From the NCBI GenBank assembly GCA_964016885.1, contig OZ024750.1, forward strand, positions 47,058,001 to 47,122,000: a stretch of 64,000 bases of DNA, written 5' to 3'. Shown here in pieces: positions 46,698 through 61,877 of this stretch (its first letter is position 1; every line of letters begins with the position of its first letter). This stretch comes from Eledone cirrhosa. Lineage: Eukaryota. The position numbers were made by a program, and so were the translations under genes. The notes beneath the pieces were generated by a model, which saw nothing but the letters and a program-made list of their open reading frames with translations, had not been told where the DNA came from and searched no databases.

Positions 46698-48468
46698 CGA
46701 CTCCAGAAGTGGTTTAAAACCTAATCTATTACCCGCTAAAGGAAGAAAACCAGAGATGATCTTGCGATGATTCTGACTCATAATGCAGAGTGCGTTCTAT
46801 CTCATATAGTAGGGATTCCGCTAATATGGTTAGAATTAATAAATACCCACTATGTTTATCCGCATTCTAATATTCATCTATACCATTTTATTATAAGTTG
46901 CTTAAAACAATGGGAGATATTACAAGAGAGTTATAAACCTTCCAAACTAGATATAACTACAAATTATCTAAAATACTTTTAAGATTCCTTAAGTGAACAA
47001 GATGAATAATGGGATAATTCTAATATAACAATAATAACAATGTTAATAGATTTTAGTAAAGCTTGAATTTCACTTTAAACATTTTCATCAATAAAGATAG
47101 AAAAGAAGGAGAAATGCAATTTAGTTTAAAATATTTTGTTAAGAGAATTGAAACTAAATTAAACAAAGAACGCTGCCAAAGTGTTGGTCTTTGGTCTAAA
47201 ATGAGTTCCTGTTTGGATAACACAAAGCAAACCCCCAAAGTAATAATTTTATGAGAATTGTAAGTGTGAAATTTTACTAATTTTTAAATAAATCTCAAAA
47301 CGAACACTTCGATGCTTTTGGTAATTATTTCTTTTTCAAAATATATTACATATGCAAAGCAATTAACACTAAAATAGCAAGGGGAAATGGAAAGAAATTG
47401 AATTTCTATTGCAAGTGAATGAATTTTCCCGGAGGAAATTTAAATTTGCTAGAAAAAAGTTATTTCGCTATTTAGACTTTCCTTTTCTGAGCGTCATGCA
47501 TTTGCAATCTGTAAACGACTGTTACTGATCAACGTAGCAGATACAAGTCATTTACAAATGTAAAATATATACAGCAAAAGCACATGATGAGAAAACAAAA
47601 TGACACAAAACAAAACCACTAAAATTGCATCTTAACAAGAAATGAATTGCTTTAGAAATACGATGATTCAAATATTTCATCTTTACATTGTATATACAAT
47701 ATGTGTCCAAGACTATTTAAATATCTAAAATGAGATTAAATAAACCGAGATTTAGTAGGTAGAATTGATGTATTAATAAACAAAATTATGTATCTACTTA
47801 CTATATATAAGAAAATGTGTTATGTACATTTATATTATAGATACAAATTAAATCTAGTGGAATGACACTTCAATGGCACCAAAAATTGAAAGGACGTATT
47901 CTGGCAGAAAATAAATGTGTGCTGAAGATGGAATGAAATATTGTACTAGAAGAGATAATTTAAAGCATTTATTTAATATCCAAGTAACAGTAATATGATA
48001 GTTGATATAACGTTTAATATCATCGTTTCCTAAACTGTTCAATACTGAAGCTGTAACTAGCCTGCAATCATTGGCTATTCAATAATTATTGGAACTGTGG
48101 TAATGATTGTATAACATACTATCTACTATATAAGATACCAGTAAATATATAAGTACAAAATATAAGACATATGGTTAAAACCTTCCCTCATAAACATATA
48201 TATGTGTATATAAACAGTGGGAAAATAAGTCACGCAGCTTTCAAAATTTATGAACAAAATATGAAAAACATGTGCAGAATAGAAATGTTGTTCCCGACAC
48301 AAAACTATTAAGAATGAGTCTGTAGTGTCGAGGTAAATAATTCCTTAAAGTAGATGTAAAATAATAAAGAATAAAAGATAAGAAAAATATTGGACTAATA
48401 CCAATGTGAAGAGCACATGCTACTTGAATGTCTACAACCTATTGTTGGACCGGACGTCATTGCATTTA

Positions 48469-48618
<150 letters not shown>

Positions 48619-48808
48619 GTTATAATGTTATGTTTCAGGATGGTCATCTTGTCAATCTCCCCAATATAGTTTTTGATTCTTACTTCAACTATATTCTTAG
48701 TTATAAGTTGCCACTCAAGAATATTAAAAGAAACGATTACATAAACGTATGCTTATACACATTCACACGCACACACGCCCCTCTCCCTACAAGTATATAC
48801 ATACACAT

Positions 48809-48842
<34 letters not shown>

Positions 48843-49142
48843 GTGCAGAACGAGAAGAGTTTAAAATCACAAAATGAGTTTAGAACATCTGTTTAAATAT
48901 GGCATGATTTTACGTGTGTATTTCTACAATACACCCACATGTGAATTTCTTTAGAACATCGAATCAAATAAATGTATGGTTACAAAGAAATGATTAATAC
49001 TCACAAATATCATCAATAAAACAGTTAATCAGATGAATATTAACCAATTATAACAGAATCACAACACTCATTTTGCAAGAATAGTTTTAAGATGGAATTA
49101 TGTGATGTATAGAAAGGCGGATTTTATAAGACACACATGACC

Positions 49143-49179
<37 letters not shown>

Positions 49180-49246
49180 CATACACACACATATATATAC
49201 ACATATATATATATATATATATACATACATAGACACACATATATAT

Positions 49247-49321
<75 letters not shown>

Positions 49322-49328
49322 CATATAT

Positions 49329-49394
<66 letters not shown>

Positions 49395-50083
49395 TCGCTG
49401 CTGTTAAGATTCCTATCATCTCAAATAGTATGTTGAATACATCGATGAATAATAATATGATTTCTGTGATCTGTTACCTTTCAACACCGATCTTTATAGT
49501 GTAGCAGACGTATAATATCAATCTATGTCAAAATTAAATTTTCCAGGCAAAATTCCACTATAGATCATCAATCATTTCTCGAAGAAACATTTATCAAAAC
49601 TTCGTAAAAAAGATAATTATAACTCAAGAAATTATACGCATATCAAGAAGACACTTTTGTTTGTTGGGATGTAATGCGTTTTTATTTTATTTTCATTTTT
49701 TTAAATATGTTAATATGTGTCGTTATAAACTTTTTTCATTCGTCCTCTACATAACTTGAGCATAAATTAAACATTACCGTAATAGGCCCAGTTAACGTTG
49801 ATAATATAACGAAACATATAATGGAAAAGCAATTTCCCATACTTTTTTAAATATTTTTCCGGACACATTCCTACAAATTATTACAGTTCATCCATCTAAA
49901 ATTGATCATAATTACGAAATAAACAACCGTCTATGGTGTCCAAATTCTAACCGAAATATGAAGATCAGACTAAATGGCAATGCATGACTGCCCTATTAAT
50001 TTAGGCATAGACTGTGTTACTTAACATGGCTGACGGATATCATATATACATATATATTTATGTAATGTGTTTTTCTTACTTAC

Positions 50084-50265
50084 GTTTGCTAAAATCATTT
50101 TGACGAATGTGGCATTACAGTCTACCATTATGCGAAACTCTCCATTGTTCTTTAGTTCCTTCATGATGGATATATAGTTCCCATTAACCATTTCTAATTT
50201 ACGCACGGTTACCTCAAAGTCGTTGTCTTGTGTAGCTTTTAGTATTTCTTGCAATCGTACTAGCC
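50084..50265 (-). CDS. Internal exon of an ionotropic glutamate receptor (kainate/GRIK-like amino-terminal domain)
   Basis: Acceptor TTTTTGTTGCAG, donor GTAAGT, 182 bp, phase 1 to 0. (G)LVRLQEILKATQDNDFEVTVRKLEMVNGNYISIMKELKNNGEFRIMVDCNATFVKMILAN aligns without gaps to the recalled GluK2 segment GLIRLQELIKA..IRQL..LLKEMK..EFHVIFDC..ILKQ. Confidence 0.88.
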
Positions 50266-51504
50266 CTGCAACAAAAATAGAAAACCATAAAATTAGATCA
50301 AAATCAAAGACATGGAAACCAACAATATAAACACTATTATTAATATCTATATTAGTGTCTTAGGTAAGAACACAGAGACATGATTTAAATAATATGAAAT
50401 CTCTTGCCTGGGCAGGAATCTCGTAACTTTGCCAAATGTATGTCAGAAAGAAATGAATTTGTAATGAGACTCATCCTTTTATTTCTGCATTCTGTTATTT
50501 CATTAAACACTTTTGTTTTCATTTTAGTCAATTTGATTTTCGTTTGTTGTTTGTTATTAAAGATCACATACATTATCTGAGTAGTAACGATGGATTGATG
50601 AGAATAAAAATGTTAATTCCGTGAAAATAAACTTGAGCATATATATTGGTTTACATTGTTAGTATAAGCAATAATACTGTAACCATATAATATTTTTTTC
50701 ATCATTTCAAATAACGTCACAAAATATAATCGAGGCGAATACATTTGATAAAAAAAATCCATAGGTTTATCTGGTAATTATTTTATTGATCGTTGAAATT
50801 TGAAATGTAGGCGTATGGTAATCAATATTTAACTTACTCTAAAATAATTTGTAAAATGTGGTAGATTAATGGTGGGGCATTGATAAGAAGTTATACATGG
50901 TTATACACTAGTTCGAACTATAAAATAGTATACGTTAGAGAAAAATAATTCAGATTGTATTAGATTTCATATAACATGCAAATAATCTCTATGGAATTCT
51001 AAATAAAGACGAACGCAAAGATACACATCAATGCTCTATCTCTACGCAAATCTTCATACACATGTATAACTTTGATTCCATGAAGGGATATTGAAATCCT
51101 TTATGCATCTTTAAATAATGTGTAATGCAATTCACAAGAGAGGATAACCCAACATACGTCTTTAGTTGGATAATTCTTTTATTAAAATACACATTCATAT
51201 ATGAGAACCCATAATGTTACGTAAATTTGCTTATATTTATATTTTTAATAAAGATATTATTTCATCAGAGATAGATAATGTTATAACAGGGATTAAAATA
51301 CGTGCATTATATATACCGCATTAAATATTAAGTAGAAAGTTATTAGCACAAAATATTTACATATTTACGAAGAAATATTAATATTACGGTGGAACATATT
51401 TCGGAGAAGAAATGTGAGCTGGAGAGTATCAAATCATTTGATTAGACATTTTTATTTTAAACGCCCTTTCTGTTATAACGTATACGTATATATATATATA
51501 CATA

Positions 51505-51945
51505 TATATAAATACATATATATAGTCTAACAAAGTTATTTCGTTGCACATCTGCAACATCATCAGTGGTTCTATTATCATGTATCCCCCTACGGTATTG
51601 TAGTGTAATGTTATGGCGTAAATATTACAATACAATACAATACAGTAGGGGGAAACATGATAATACTATCACTGATGATGTTGCAGATGTGCAACGAAAT
51701 AACTTTGTTAGACTATATATAATTATTTTATATCTGTATTTTTGAGCGTTTGTCTGTGAAGGATAAACATTGATGGCCAAATGAAGTACTTATGGAGATA
51801 TAAAAGATGCAGAAGCGAAAACCAACCAAACAGAGAGTGCGTTCTGTTATTATGCCAGAAATCATAACAGAACACACTCTCTGTTTGGTTGGTTTTCGCA
51901 TCTGCATCTTTTATATCTCCATAGGTAGTTCATTTGGCCATCAAT

Positions 51946-51951
<6 letters not shown>
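51505..51951. mobile_element. Family B double-hairpin locus with HHR core
   Basis: Hairpin 1: ~51518-51610 / 51632-51720, with CTGATGA-t-GTTGCA-gatg-TGCAAC-GAAA at 51672-51699. Hairpin 2: ~51763-51850 / 51864-51951. Confidence 0.82.
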
Positions 51952-52006
<55 letters not shown>

Positions 52007-52007
<1 letters not shown>

Positions 52008-52125
52008 CGAAGGAAATGTGGGAAGGAACAAGGTGGACCATAACGCACCAAAGTACTCAATACTTAGGGTAGTAGAGTGGGTAATAGGAACGAGTAGGAC
52101 CCCATTGAGGTCCTACTCGTTCCTA
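52007..52125 (-). mobile_element. Family K minimal fold-back (17-bp arms plus tail)
   Basis: TAGGAACGAGTAGGACC-loop-GGTCCTACTCGTTCCTA at 52085-52125; tail shared with 53085-53156. Confidence 0.8.
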
Positions 52126-52922
52126 TATATATATATATATAGTGCAGTTACATAAATATATTTCGACGTGTGTATGCAGAAATTGAGTACGGAGGTAAGT
52201 AGGTGGGTTGATAGATAGGTAGGTAGGTTTGTAGGTATGTATGAAGGTAGATGTAGATGAATAGGTAGATATTTTGACAGGCACTACGTGGTATGGATAA
52301 CATTGTACTCAAGAGATATCAAGCACTATAGAATCACACATCCGGGAAAAAAAAGTATTACAGTGAAATGTTATAAACAACACAGCAAACTCTGCAATAA
52401 GGAAATTATCAGACCTAAGGGTACGTCGTAATAAAGAAGAGTATATTTACAGCCTTTAAGATATGAGGCACCGGAGAATCTCGCATAACGGATTAAAACA
52501 AAAAAATACTATCACCAACAGGTTATCAGCTAAAAAGACCAATCTATTAGAACATGTAAATGATCAAACATTGTAATGATTGCCAGTTGTATTGATGCTG
52601 ATATAAAATTAATAGTTTTAACGATAGTTATTTAGAATTGTTTTTCCACTTCGCGTCAATGCAATTACAGAAATTAATGGTGTTTCTATATTTATGAGTT
52701 GCTCGACGTTTTATTTGTGCTTCTCAACAAACTTAATCGAATACGTTTCCACTGTAACCCTTCAGATGTCGAGCTTTTTTGTTATTTAACTTAGGTGTTT
52801 TTTTTAGATTGTATGTGGTTTGTTTCTTCATTTTATATATTTAGATCAATGTGTCAAACTGTAAAATATATTATTAAAGTGTGTTAGAGGTTCACACCAT
52901 TAATGATAAACGAGGAATCAGT

Positions 52923-52971
<49 letters not shown>

Positions 52972-52975
<4 letters not shown>

Positions 52976-53156
52976 AGTATGACCCCGACGGCAGAGCTCA
53001 GGTTATCTCGACGGCTATTTCTGGACATAGCCGTCGAAAAGTGTTGACCTCTGTCGTCGGGGTCATACTTTTTCCTATTTCCTACACTACTACCCTAAGT
53101 ATCGAGTACTCTGGTGCGTTTAGGTCCATCTGGTTCCTTACCACAATTCCTTTGTT
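52972..53156 (+). mobile_element. Family K asymmetric fold-back
   Basis: Arms 52972-53018 and 53027-53084, ~70-nt tail, (TA)n on both sides. Confidence 0.83.
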
Positions 53157-53162
53157 ATATAT

Positions 53163-53194
<32 letters not shown>

Positions 53195-54163
53195 AAGAGA
53201 GAGAGAGAGAGAGAGAATGAGACATAGAGTGAGAGAGACACTGTGTGAGGGATGAAGATACGAGACAGAGAGAGTAGAATAAGAAAGAGAGACGGGAGGA
53301 AAATAACAAACATTCATAGTAAGGATGAAAATGTGTCGATCTTGATTTAATCCACATTATTGATCATACATTCATTCTATAATAAAATTCTATTCAAAAG
53401 TAGTTTGTTCTTCCAGCCTCTAAAATAGAATTTGATTATAGGAATGGCTGCCTTGTTAAGAATGTCGCTTCCTTAACATGTGACGTGGCGTTCGATATTA
53501 CTTTGTCAAATGATGTGTAAGTGCCACCTAGTATAACCTTGAATGGCCAAAAGGAAATTTGGTAGACAAAGGCTGTGTAAGCTCCTCTCAGGTGCAATAT
53601 TGATTTCAGCACCCTGTCCGTCATATTCAGCTCCCTCTCTAATTACAACATACTGTCTAAGAAGAAAAGAAGATCTCATAGGAAACGGAGTAGTATATAC
53701 ATGAATAAGTAAGTTACTCCTAAGTTTTTAACAGTTTTACGCATAGATCTTTTCAGCCAAACTAGAAATAACAACATGATCATTAAACAGATTGATATAT
53801 CCTACTTCATATTACTTGTATACATAAATGTATAGAAACACAAACACCGAAGAGCATAAGAAAAGCTAGTTAGGCTGGCAGAATGACAAACATCACCAAC
53901 GTCTTTCATATATCTACAATACATTTGATGTTGTTTGCAAAGTTCATTCACCTTACTTACTGATGTACACTCGTTAGTCCCTTAGTGATTGTCGGATGAG
54001 TGACATACTGTATTAAATTAGATATAGCGTTTCCGATCAACGTCAATTTTGAACATTGTGAAATTGGAATACAATGTACAGCACGGTAATTATGTTGTTG
54101 GTTTTTCACTCCAACCTCGGCAAGTTGCACAATGCTTGACATTTACTTTTCTTTCAATTGGAA

Positions 54164-54212
<49 letters not shown>

Positions 54213-54814
54213 CATATATATATATATATATATATATGTATTTACATATATATATATATATATGTATGTACATATATATATATATATATGTATTTACATA
54301 TATATGTATATATATATGTATGTACATATATATATATATATATATATATGTACATATATATATATATATATATATGTATGTACATACAAATTAGAATAAT
54401 ATCTAAACATAGGAATGACCCAGCAGATAGGCAAATCAGAGAGACAGTGAAATAGAAATTAGAAGACCAAAGCTAAACAGAAAGAATGAGTGGAACAACA
54501 ACAACACCCAAACAAACAACACTGACCTAAGAGAAGTATAAATAAGTAAATAAAATTAAATAAAATAAGATAAATAAATACATACACAAGCACAATAACA
54601 ACAAGCACATAAACACACACTAGTCACCCAGCAGACACAACACTATACACACTAGTCACACATCACACATAACACTATACACACACGCAAACGCATGCGC
54701 AAAGAAGACAAAATAAAATAAGATAAACAAACAAGCAAATAAATAAATAAATATATAGACAGACTGAATAAAAAATGGCGTAGACATACAACACAACAGG
54801 AGGAACAATGAATA

Positions 54815-56806
<1,992 letters not shown>

Positions 56807-57528
56807 TGCATAGCGGGAAAGTTGTTTAATTTGACTCAAATTATAGAAATCAGCGGCTGTAAGTGTGTTGGCTCAGAAAAGTGATAACAAGAAATGAGAA
56901 AAAGAAGAAAATGCACAATCATTTAAATATACTCATCAGATTTTAGTCCGCCTCTTCCTTCAACGATTTAACTAAACATACTACGAAAGAGAGATGGCTC
57001 ATAACAATGGAGAAATAAATATCGCTGTTGGTATTATGTTTGTGTTACATTCTTTCCTTCTTCTTTCTCCTCCATCTATTCCTACTCGTCACTTATACTG
57101 ACAGAGCCATTGTCTTCGACATTCTTAAGATTGCATTAGGTCGAGTGGACGCAATTTATATTTGTCTCTCTCTCTGAAATGTCTGTCTATCGAATCCATT
57201 TGTTCCTAACACAGACATTATACTAGTAGAAATATATCAGTTACCACGTAATTTTTTTGTTTGTTTGTTCATTTATATGTCCAATATTTTATCCCAAACA
57301 GAGGAAATTGGATCGATATCCAGTAAAGGTTCCTTAAACACTGGCGAAGGGACTTTTAGGACCCGAAATATTGGACACATAAAAGAACAACAACAACAAC
57401 AAAACGAAACCAAGATTACCAGGTAACTTTTACTTTACGTCGCCTCACCTTACATTCCATTTTGCATTGTTTAGCCTTCTACCCCTTTCAACGTAATATA
57501 TTATATGCAATGCTTCAAGGAAACATAT

Positions 57529-57587
<59 letters not shown>

Positions 57588-57796
57588 AGGATGAATATAA
57601 AATGAAAGTGCTTTTGTTAAAAAAGGAATTTATTAGGTATTGACATATGTTTCTGTAACAGACCGAATACCTATGTATCGCTGCTTGCGTAATCATATAA
57701 TGTTAGCAAGTATTCGATAGCAAATGTATAAACAGTTGTCACTTCTTCAGAGATTTTGGATACAGTTGAGCAACTAATTCAGCATACGCTTCTAAA

Positions 57797-60115
57797 ATGG
57801 AAAAGCACCAATTGGATATGTCGTTAAAAAACATACCTATTCAGGCAAAAAGGGAATATATTCTAGGTATGATACGAAGGACCAATGATTTTATTCGACG
57901 AATCAGATGGAAAACATTCCATTTTGACAAAAGCCGTATAAACCAAACATCGGATCTTAACAAGGATAAATTTGGATTTAAATCTTACAAGAACCCACCC
58001 TCAAACCCACTTTTGGATGCATTTGAACAAGACCTAATGGATATGATCATGGAGATCAAATTTACAAAACGTAAGAACAATAAACTACAGAATGACATCA
58101 CGGCACTGCTCAATAATCTAAAAAACGCCAATGGAGTTATTGTTAGAGCAGACAAAACATCAAACGTATATACCATGGATGTGGACACTTACAATAACTT
58201 CATCCGTAAGGAATTGCATAAAAAATACAGGAAAACTAATGAAGCCACACTTAAAAACATCAACAACTCGGCATGTGATATTGTTAAAAAACTTTGTATT
58301 GACGATAGAACGCAACCCTTAACACCAGCTATACCATCCTTCAACCTGAAGGACCACAAGGTAAACTTCGATACTAACCCTAATATTAGACTTATATGCC
58401 CCTCTAAATCTGATATAGGTAAAATTAGCAAATATATACTAGACAGAATTATCCCCCAAGTTAAGGTAAAAGTAGAGATTAAACTATGGGGTAACACTCA
58501 TGAAGCAATAAGATGGTTTAACAACATTACTGATAAGAAAAAATCAAAATTTATTCAGTTTGATATTGATGAATATTATTCCTCAATTTCACCTGATACT
58601 CTACATGAAGCTCTTTCGTTCGCTAAGGATAATTCCGACCTTACGGATGCTGAAATTAAAATTATTATGGAAGCGAGAAAAACTATAGTTAAATTCGATG
58701 ATAGCTACTGGGTTCGCAAAGATAGACCTTCTAATTTTGATATCACTATGGGTTCTAATGATTCGGCGGAAGTAACAGATCTTGTGGGAATTTATATCAC
58801 CCACAGATTACAAGGAAAATTCAAGGATCTCCACGGTGGAATTTACCGTGACGATGCGCTCCTATTAGTTAAGAATATGAATAACCAGAATTTAGAAAGG
58901 ATGCGTAAAAATATCAGAAAACTTTTTAAAGAACTAGGATTAAGTATTACATTTGAATATAACCTCAAAGAGGTCAATTTCCTCGATGTTACTTTCAATC
59001 TCAATACAGATACGATTAAACCGTTCCATAAACTAAATGAGAACCTTAAATATGTAAATACGAGTTCTAACCATCCACTCTCTATAATTAAATCCATCCC
59101 TAGAAATGTTTCTCTTAGAATCTCCCGCCTATCGTCCAACCAACAAACCTTCAAAGAACATGCCGAGTATTATGATGATGCACTTAGGAAAGCCGGTCAC
59201 CTAGATAATATAGAGTATATAGTCAATGATCACCAAAACACCCAAAATAAATCACATAGGAGTAGAAATAGCACAGAATCACCACCATACATACACTACC
59301 GCAATAGACACAATAATAGTCGCACACCACCAAACAGAAGGCGATGTAAGGAGTATATCTGGTACAACCCGGTCTATAACAAATCTATTAAAACCAATCT
59401 ACCCACAAAATTCTTTCGATTAGTTAGAAAACACTTTCCAACATCACATAAATATAATAAAATCTTAAACCCTAACACCATCCGACTTTCATATTCAACC
59501 GCCCCTAATATTGAACAACATATAAAAATGCTTAACGCAAAACGGTTGTATAAACGCCTTCCAACACATAACAATACACGTAAAACATTAGCTATAACAT
59601 CACAAAACAACAAACAACATCCTGTCCTGCATAAGCAACCTCATCAACCCATCCATGGCAATACAACAACGCAAAATTGTAATTGCAACTGTGTCCAACC
59701 AGGAATGTGTCCGTTGAACAATCAGTGTCTTGAACGCAACATCGTATACAAATGTACTATCGAATCGGATAGACAGAAGTGGTACTATGTGGGATCTACA
59801 GCCACCTCCTTTAAATCACGCCTTTATAGACATCGTTATTCGATAAAACATGAAAACCAGCGTTATGTAACAACACTCGCAGACAAGGCTTGGCAGCTGC
59901 GTGAAAATAACCAACAATTTCACCTAAAATGGGATATAATAGCGACTGCCCCCCCACATTCCAATGGACAGGAATTTTGTAAATTATGTAATGTAGAATT
60001 ATTTTGTATTATGAAATCCAAAAACATTTTATTAAATAACAGAATAGAGCGATCGTTATACTGTAACCATCGCTTAAAATCTACATTTTCATATTATAAA
60101 TACTACCAGGATTGA
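57797..60115 (+). CDS. PLE polyprotein: reverse transcriptase + C-terminal GIY-YIG endonuclease (772 aa)
   Basis: RADKT, FDIDEYYSSI, TMGSNDSAE, YRDD, FLDVTF, SNHP (RT and thumb). CNCVQPGMCPL (CxCx5C), IVY..YVGST, R..H, CKLC..E, LLN (GIY-YIG). Confidence 0.95.
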   Translation: MEKHQLDMSLKNIPIQAKREYILGMIRRTNDFIRRIRWKTFHFDKSRINQTSDLNKDKFGFKSYKNPPSNPLLDAFEQDLMDMIMEIKFTKRKNNKLQNDITALLNNLKNANGVIVRADKTSNVYTMDVDTYNNFIRKELHKKYRKTNEATLKNINNSACDIVKKLCIDDRTQPLTPAIPSFNLKDHKVNFDTNPNIRLICPSKSDIGKISKYILDRIIPQVKVKVEIKLWGNTHEAIRWFNNITDKKKSKFIQFDIDEYYSSISPDTLHEALSFAKDNSDLTDAEIKIIMEARKTIVKFDDSYWVRKDRPSNFDITMGSNDSAEVTDLVGIYITHRLQGKFKDLHGGIYRDDALLLVKNMNNQNLERMRKNIRKLFKELGLSITFEYNLKEVNFLDVTFNLNTDTIKPFHKLNENLKYVNTSSNHPLSIIKSIPRNVSLRISRLSSNQQTFKEHAEYYDDALRKAGHLDNIEYIVNDHQNTQNKSHRSRNSTESPPYIHYRNRHNNSRTPPNRRRCKEYIWYNPVYNKSIKTNLPTKFFRLVRKHFPTSHKYNKILNPNTIRLSYSTAPNIEQHIKMLNAKRLYKRLPTHNNTRKTLAITSQNNKQHPVLHKQPHQPIHGNTTTQNCNCNCVQPGMCPLNNQCLERNIVYKCTIESDRQKWYYVGSTATSFKSRLYRHRYSIKHENQRYVTTLADKAWQLRENNQQFHLKWDIIATAPPHSNGQEFCKLCNVELFCIMKSKNILLNNRIERSLYCNHRLKSTFSYYKYYQD

Positions 60116-60588
60116 ACGCCTGTCTCTATCCCCGTTTGATTGTCAAAATAGATATGAACATTCTTTATTAGTCTTAATTCTATCAACTCTTCTATTATTT
60201 ACCTTTTAATACAAACTGCTATAGATAAAATGAGATTTCTGATTTTTTGATTCAATTCCCTAGTGGAAATACCAGCTGACTACTAGCATTGATGTTATTT
60301 AGTAGCAATCGAAATCTCCCCCTTCCCCAATTGACACTTTATGATTAATACTACTGCACCAAATGACCAGCCCTGTCCACTGTCCAGTTGGTCAAGTAGA
60401 GATTAAAATCGGCACTCCCAAAATTCTTATTTAGATTTACTCATGGTATTCTCATTAAAAACCCATTATATACTTGTTTAGCAGTAAATTATTTTACCAT
60501 CTGTCATATTCTATCCCCTCTGTTCCTTCCTCTTTTACTAATATAAATACTTCAATTTTTCTGATTTTATCCAGTTTATCCAAAATCT

Positions 60589-60705
60589 CTGAAGAAGTGA
60601 CAACTGTTTATACATTTGCTATCGAATACTTGCTAACATTATATGATTACGCAAGCAGCGATACATAGGTATTCGGTCTGTTACAGAAACATATGTCAAT
60701 ACCTA
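60589..60705 (+). ncRNA. Atypical hammerhead-like motif with a ~90-nt stem II in the PLE terminal repeat
   Basis: CTGAAGA-a-GTGACA..TGTTAC-a-GAAAC-ATAT-GTC; no canonical stem I. Confidence 0.5.
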
Positions 60706-60857
60706 ATAAATTCCTTTTTTAACAAAAGCACTTTCATTTTATATTCATCCTTTCTACATTTCTCCGGAATATAATTTATACTCGTTGAGCAAACCTGCAC
60801 GTACGCTGTTCATCTCTAACGTAACGATATATTATCACTACATTATTGATAACCTGA

Positions 60858-60909
<52 letters not shown>

Positions 60910-61034
60910 GGACTTTAGCAGTTATGTCACTTACACCTCTTGCGCGCATTTTAGTATTGCCTGTGTGAAGTGACGGGTTTCTACGCATGCGCGTTCGTAA
61001 GTTGTCCGTCCTGTTCCGTATAACGATGCCCATA

Positions 61035-61074
61035 ACGAGCTGAGGATCTGCTAAGGTGAAACAATTGTTCTCGT
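61035..61074 (+). ncRNA. Minimal type I hammerhead motif
   Basis: ACGAG-CTGAGGA-tctgctaaggt-GAAA-CAATTG-TT-CTCGT; 5-bp stem I, palindromic stem III, GUU triplet, weak stem II. Confidence 0.72.
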
Positions 61075-61450
61075 AGACATCACCAGAATTCAACATTCAG
61101 AATATTTCTACTTATTTCCATAACAATTTCATCCACTTGGTTTTAATATATTCATATCTCAAAATCATAATATCTATAACATTTGCTCTAATTCCACTTC
61201 TTAAGGTTTCATAAAATATATACGTATATAATTCTAATCTTTTTTTTCATTTTAATTTTAATAATTTTTATTTCTTTATTTTAATTTTTATTTCTTTAAT
61301 TTTTATTTCTTTAAAAATTACTTATAAATTATTTTTTAAAAAACATGAATGTATCTTTCAACATCTATACTTATTTTGACTAAATAGTCTCACACTTCCG
61401 AATCTCCAATTTTAAATGATATAAATATAAATATTCTTAGGAAAGCATCA

Positions 61451-61877
61451 AATTGTAACTGTCATCTACCTGATAAATGCCCATTACAAAATAGATGCCT
61501 GGAGTCAAATATATTGTACCTATGTACTATACATTCAGGCAACTTAGCATGGCACTACATAGGTCCTACATGGGGAGTTCAAGAAAGGGTGGTATGTCCA
61601 CAGACACTCTATAAATAACAGGAAGCTTATGAATACAACGACGCTCGGCAATAAAATATGGCAGCTCAAAGATGCAAACCAAGAATACAGAATCAGCTAG
61701 ATGAAGTTATCAACGGCAATAGCCTATAGAATTGGCATGTCCCACTGTGGTCTTTGTAATATGGAACTATTCCAAATCTTAAAATACAACAAAATGCTAC
61801 TTAACAGCATAATTGAAATAACTATTTTCTGTAGGCATAAAACAGCGACCAAATTCGATAATTTTAGACAAACTTAA
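61451..61877 (+). pseudogene. GIY-YIG domain remnant of a second Hydra-clade PLE family
   Basis: NCNCHLPDKCPLQNRCLESNILYLCTIHSGNLAWHYIGPT, a frameshift, then HRHSI..TTLGNKIWQLK..*..HCGLCNMELFQILK..LLN..FCRH; collinear with the end of the 772-aa ORF. Confidence 0.9.

Larger units (their letters stand above)
57583..60863 (+). mobile_element. Full-length Hydra-clade Penelope-like retroelement inserted in (TA)n
   Basis: 180-bp inverted repeat 57583-57762 / 60577-60756 with no mismatch seen by eye, intact ORF, 107-nt tail, (TA)n on both flanks. Confidence 0.92.

Noticed and set aside
53957-54142. Possible upstream iGluR exon ([12 protein letters not shown]..)
   Set aside because: Weak similarity, and the donor would be phase 2 while the 50265 acceptor needs phase 1.
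57240-57427. Old inverted repeat with CTGGCGA..GAAA
   Set aside because: Core mutated and stems poor; probably a decayed fold-back, too weak to call.
57985-59613. Antisense and alternate-frame ORFs within the PLE
   Set aside because: Shadows of the long ORF with no independent features.
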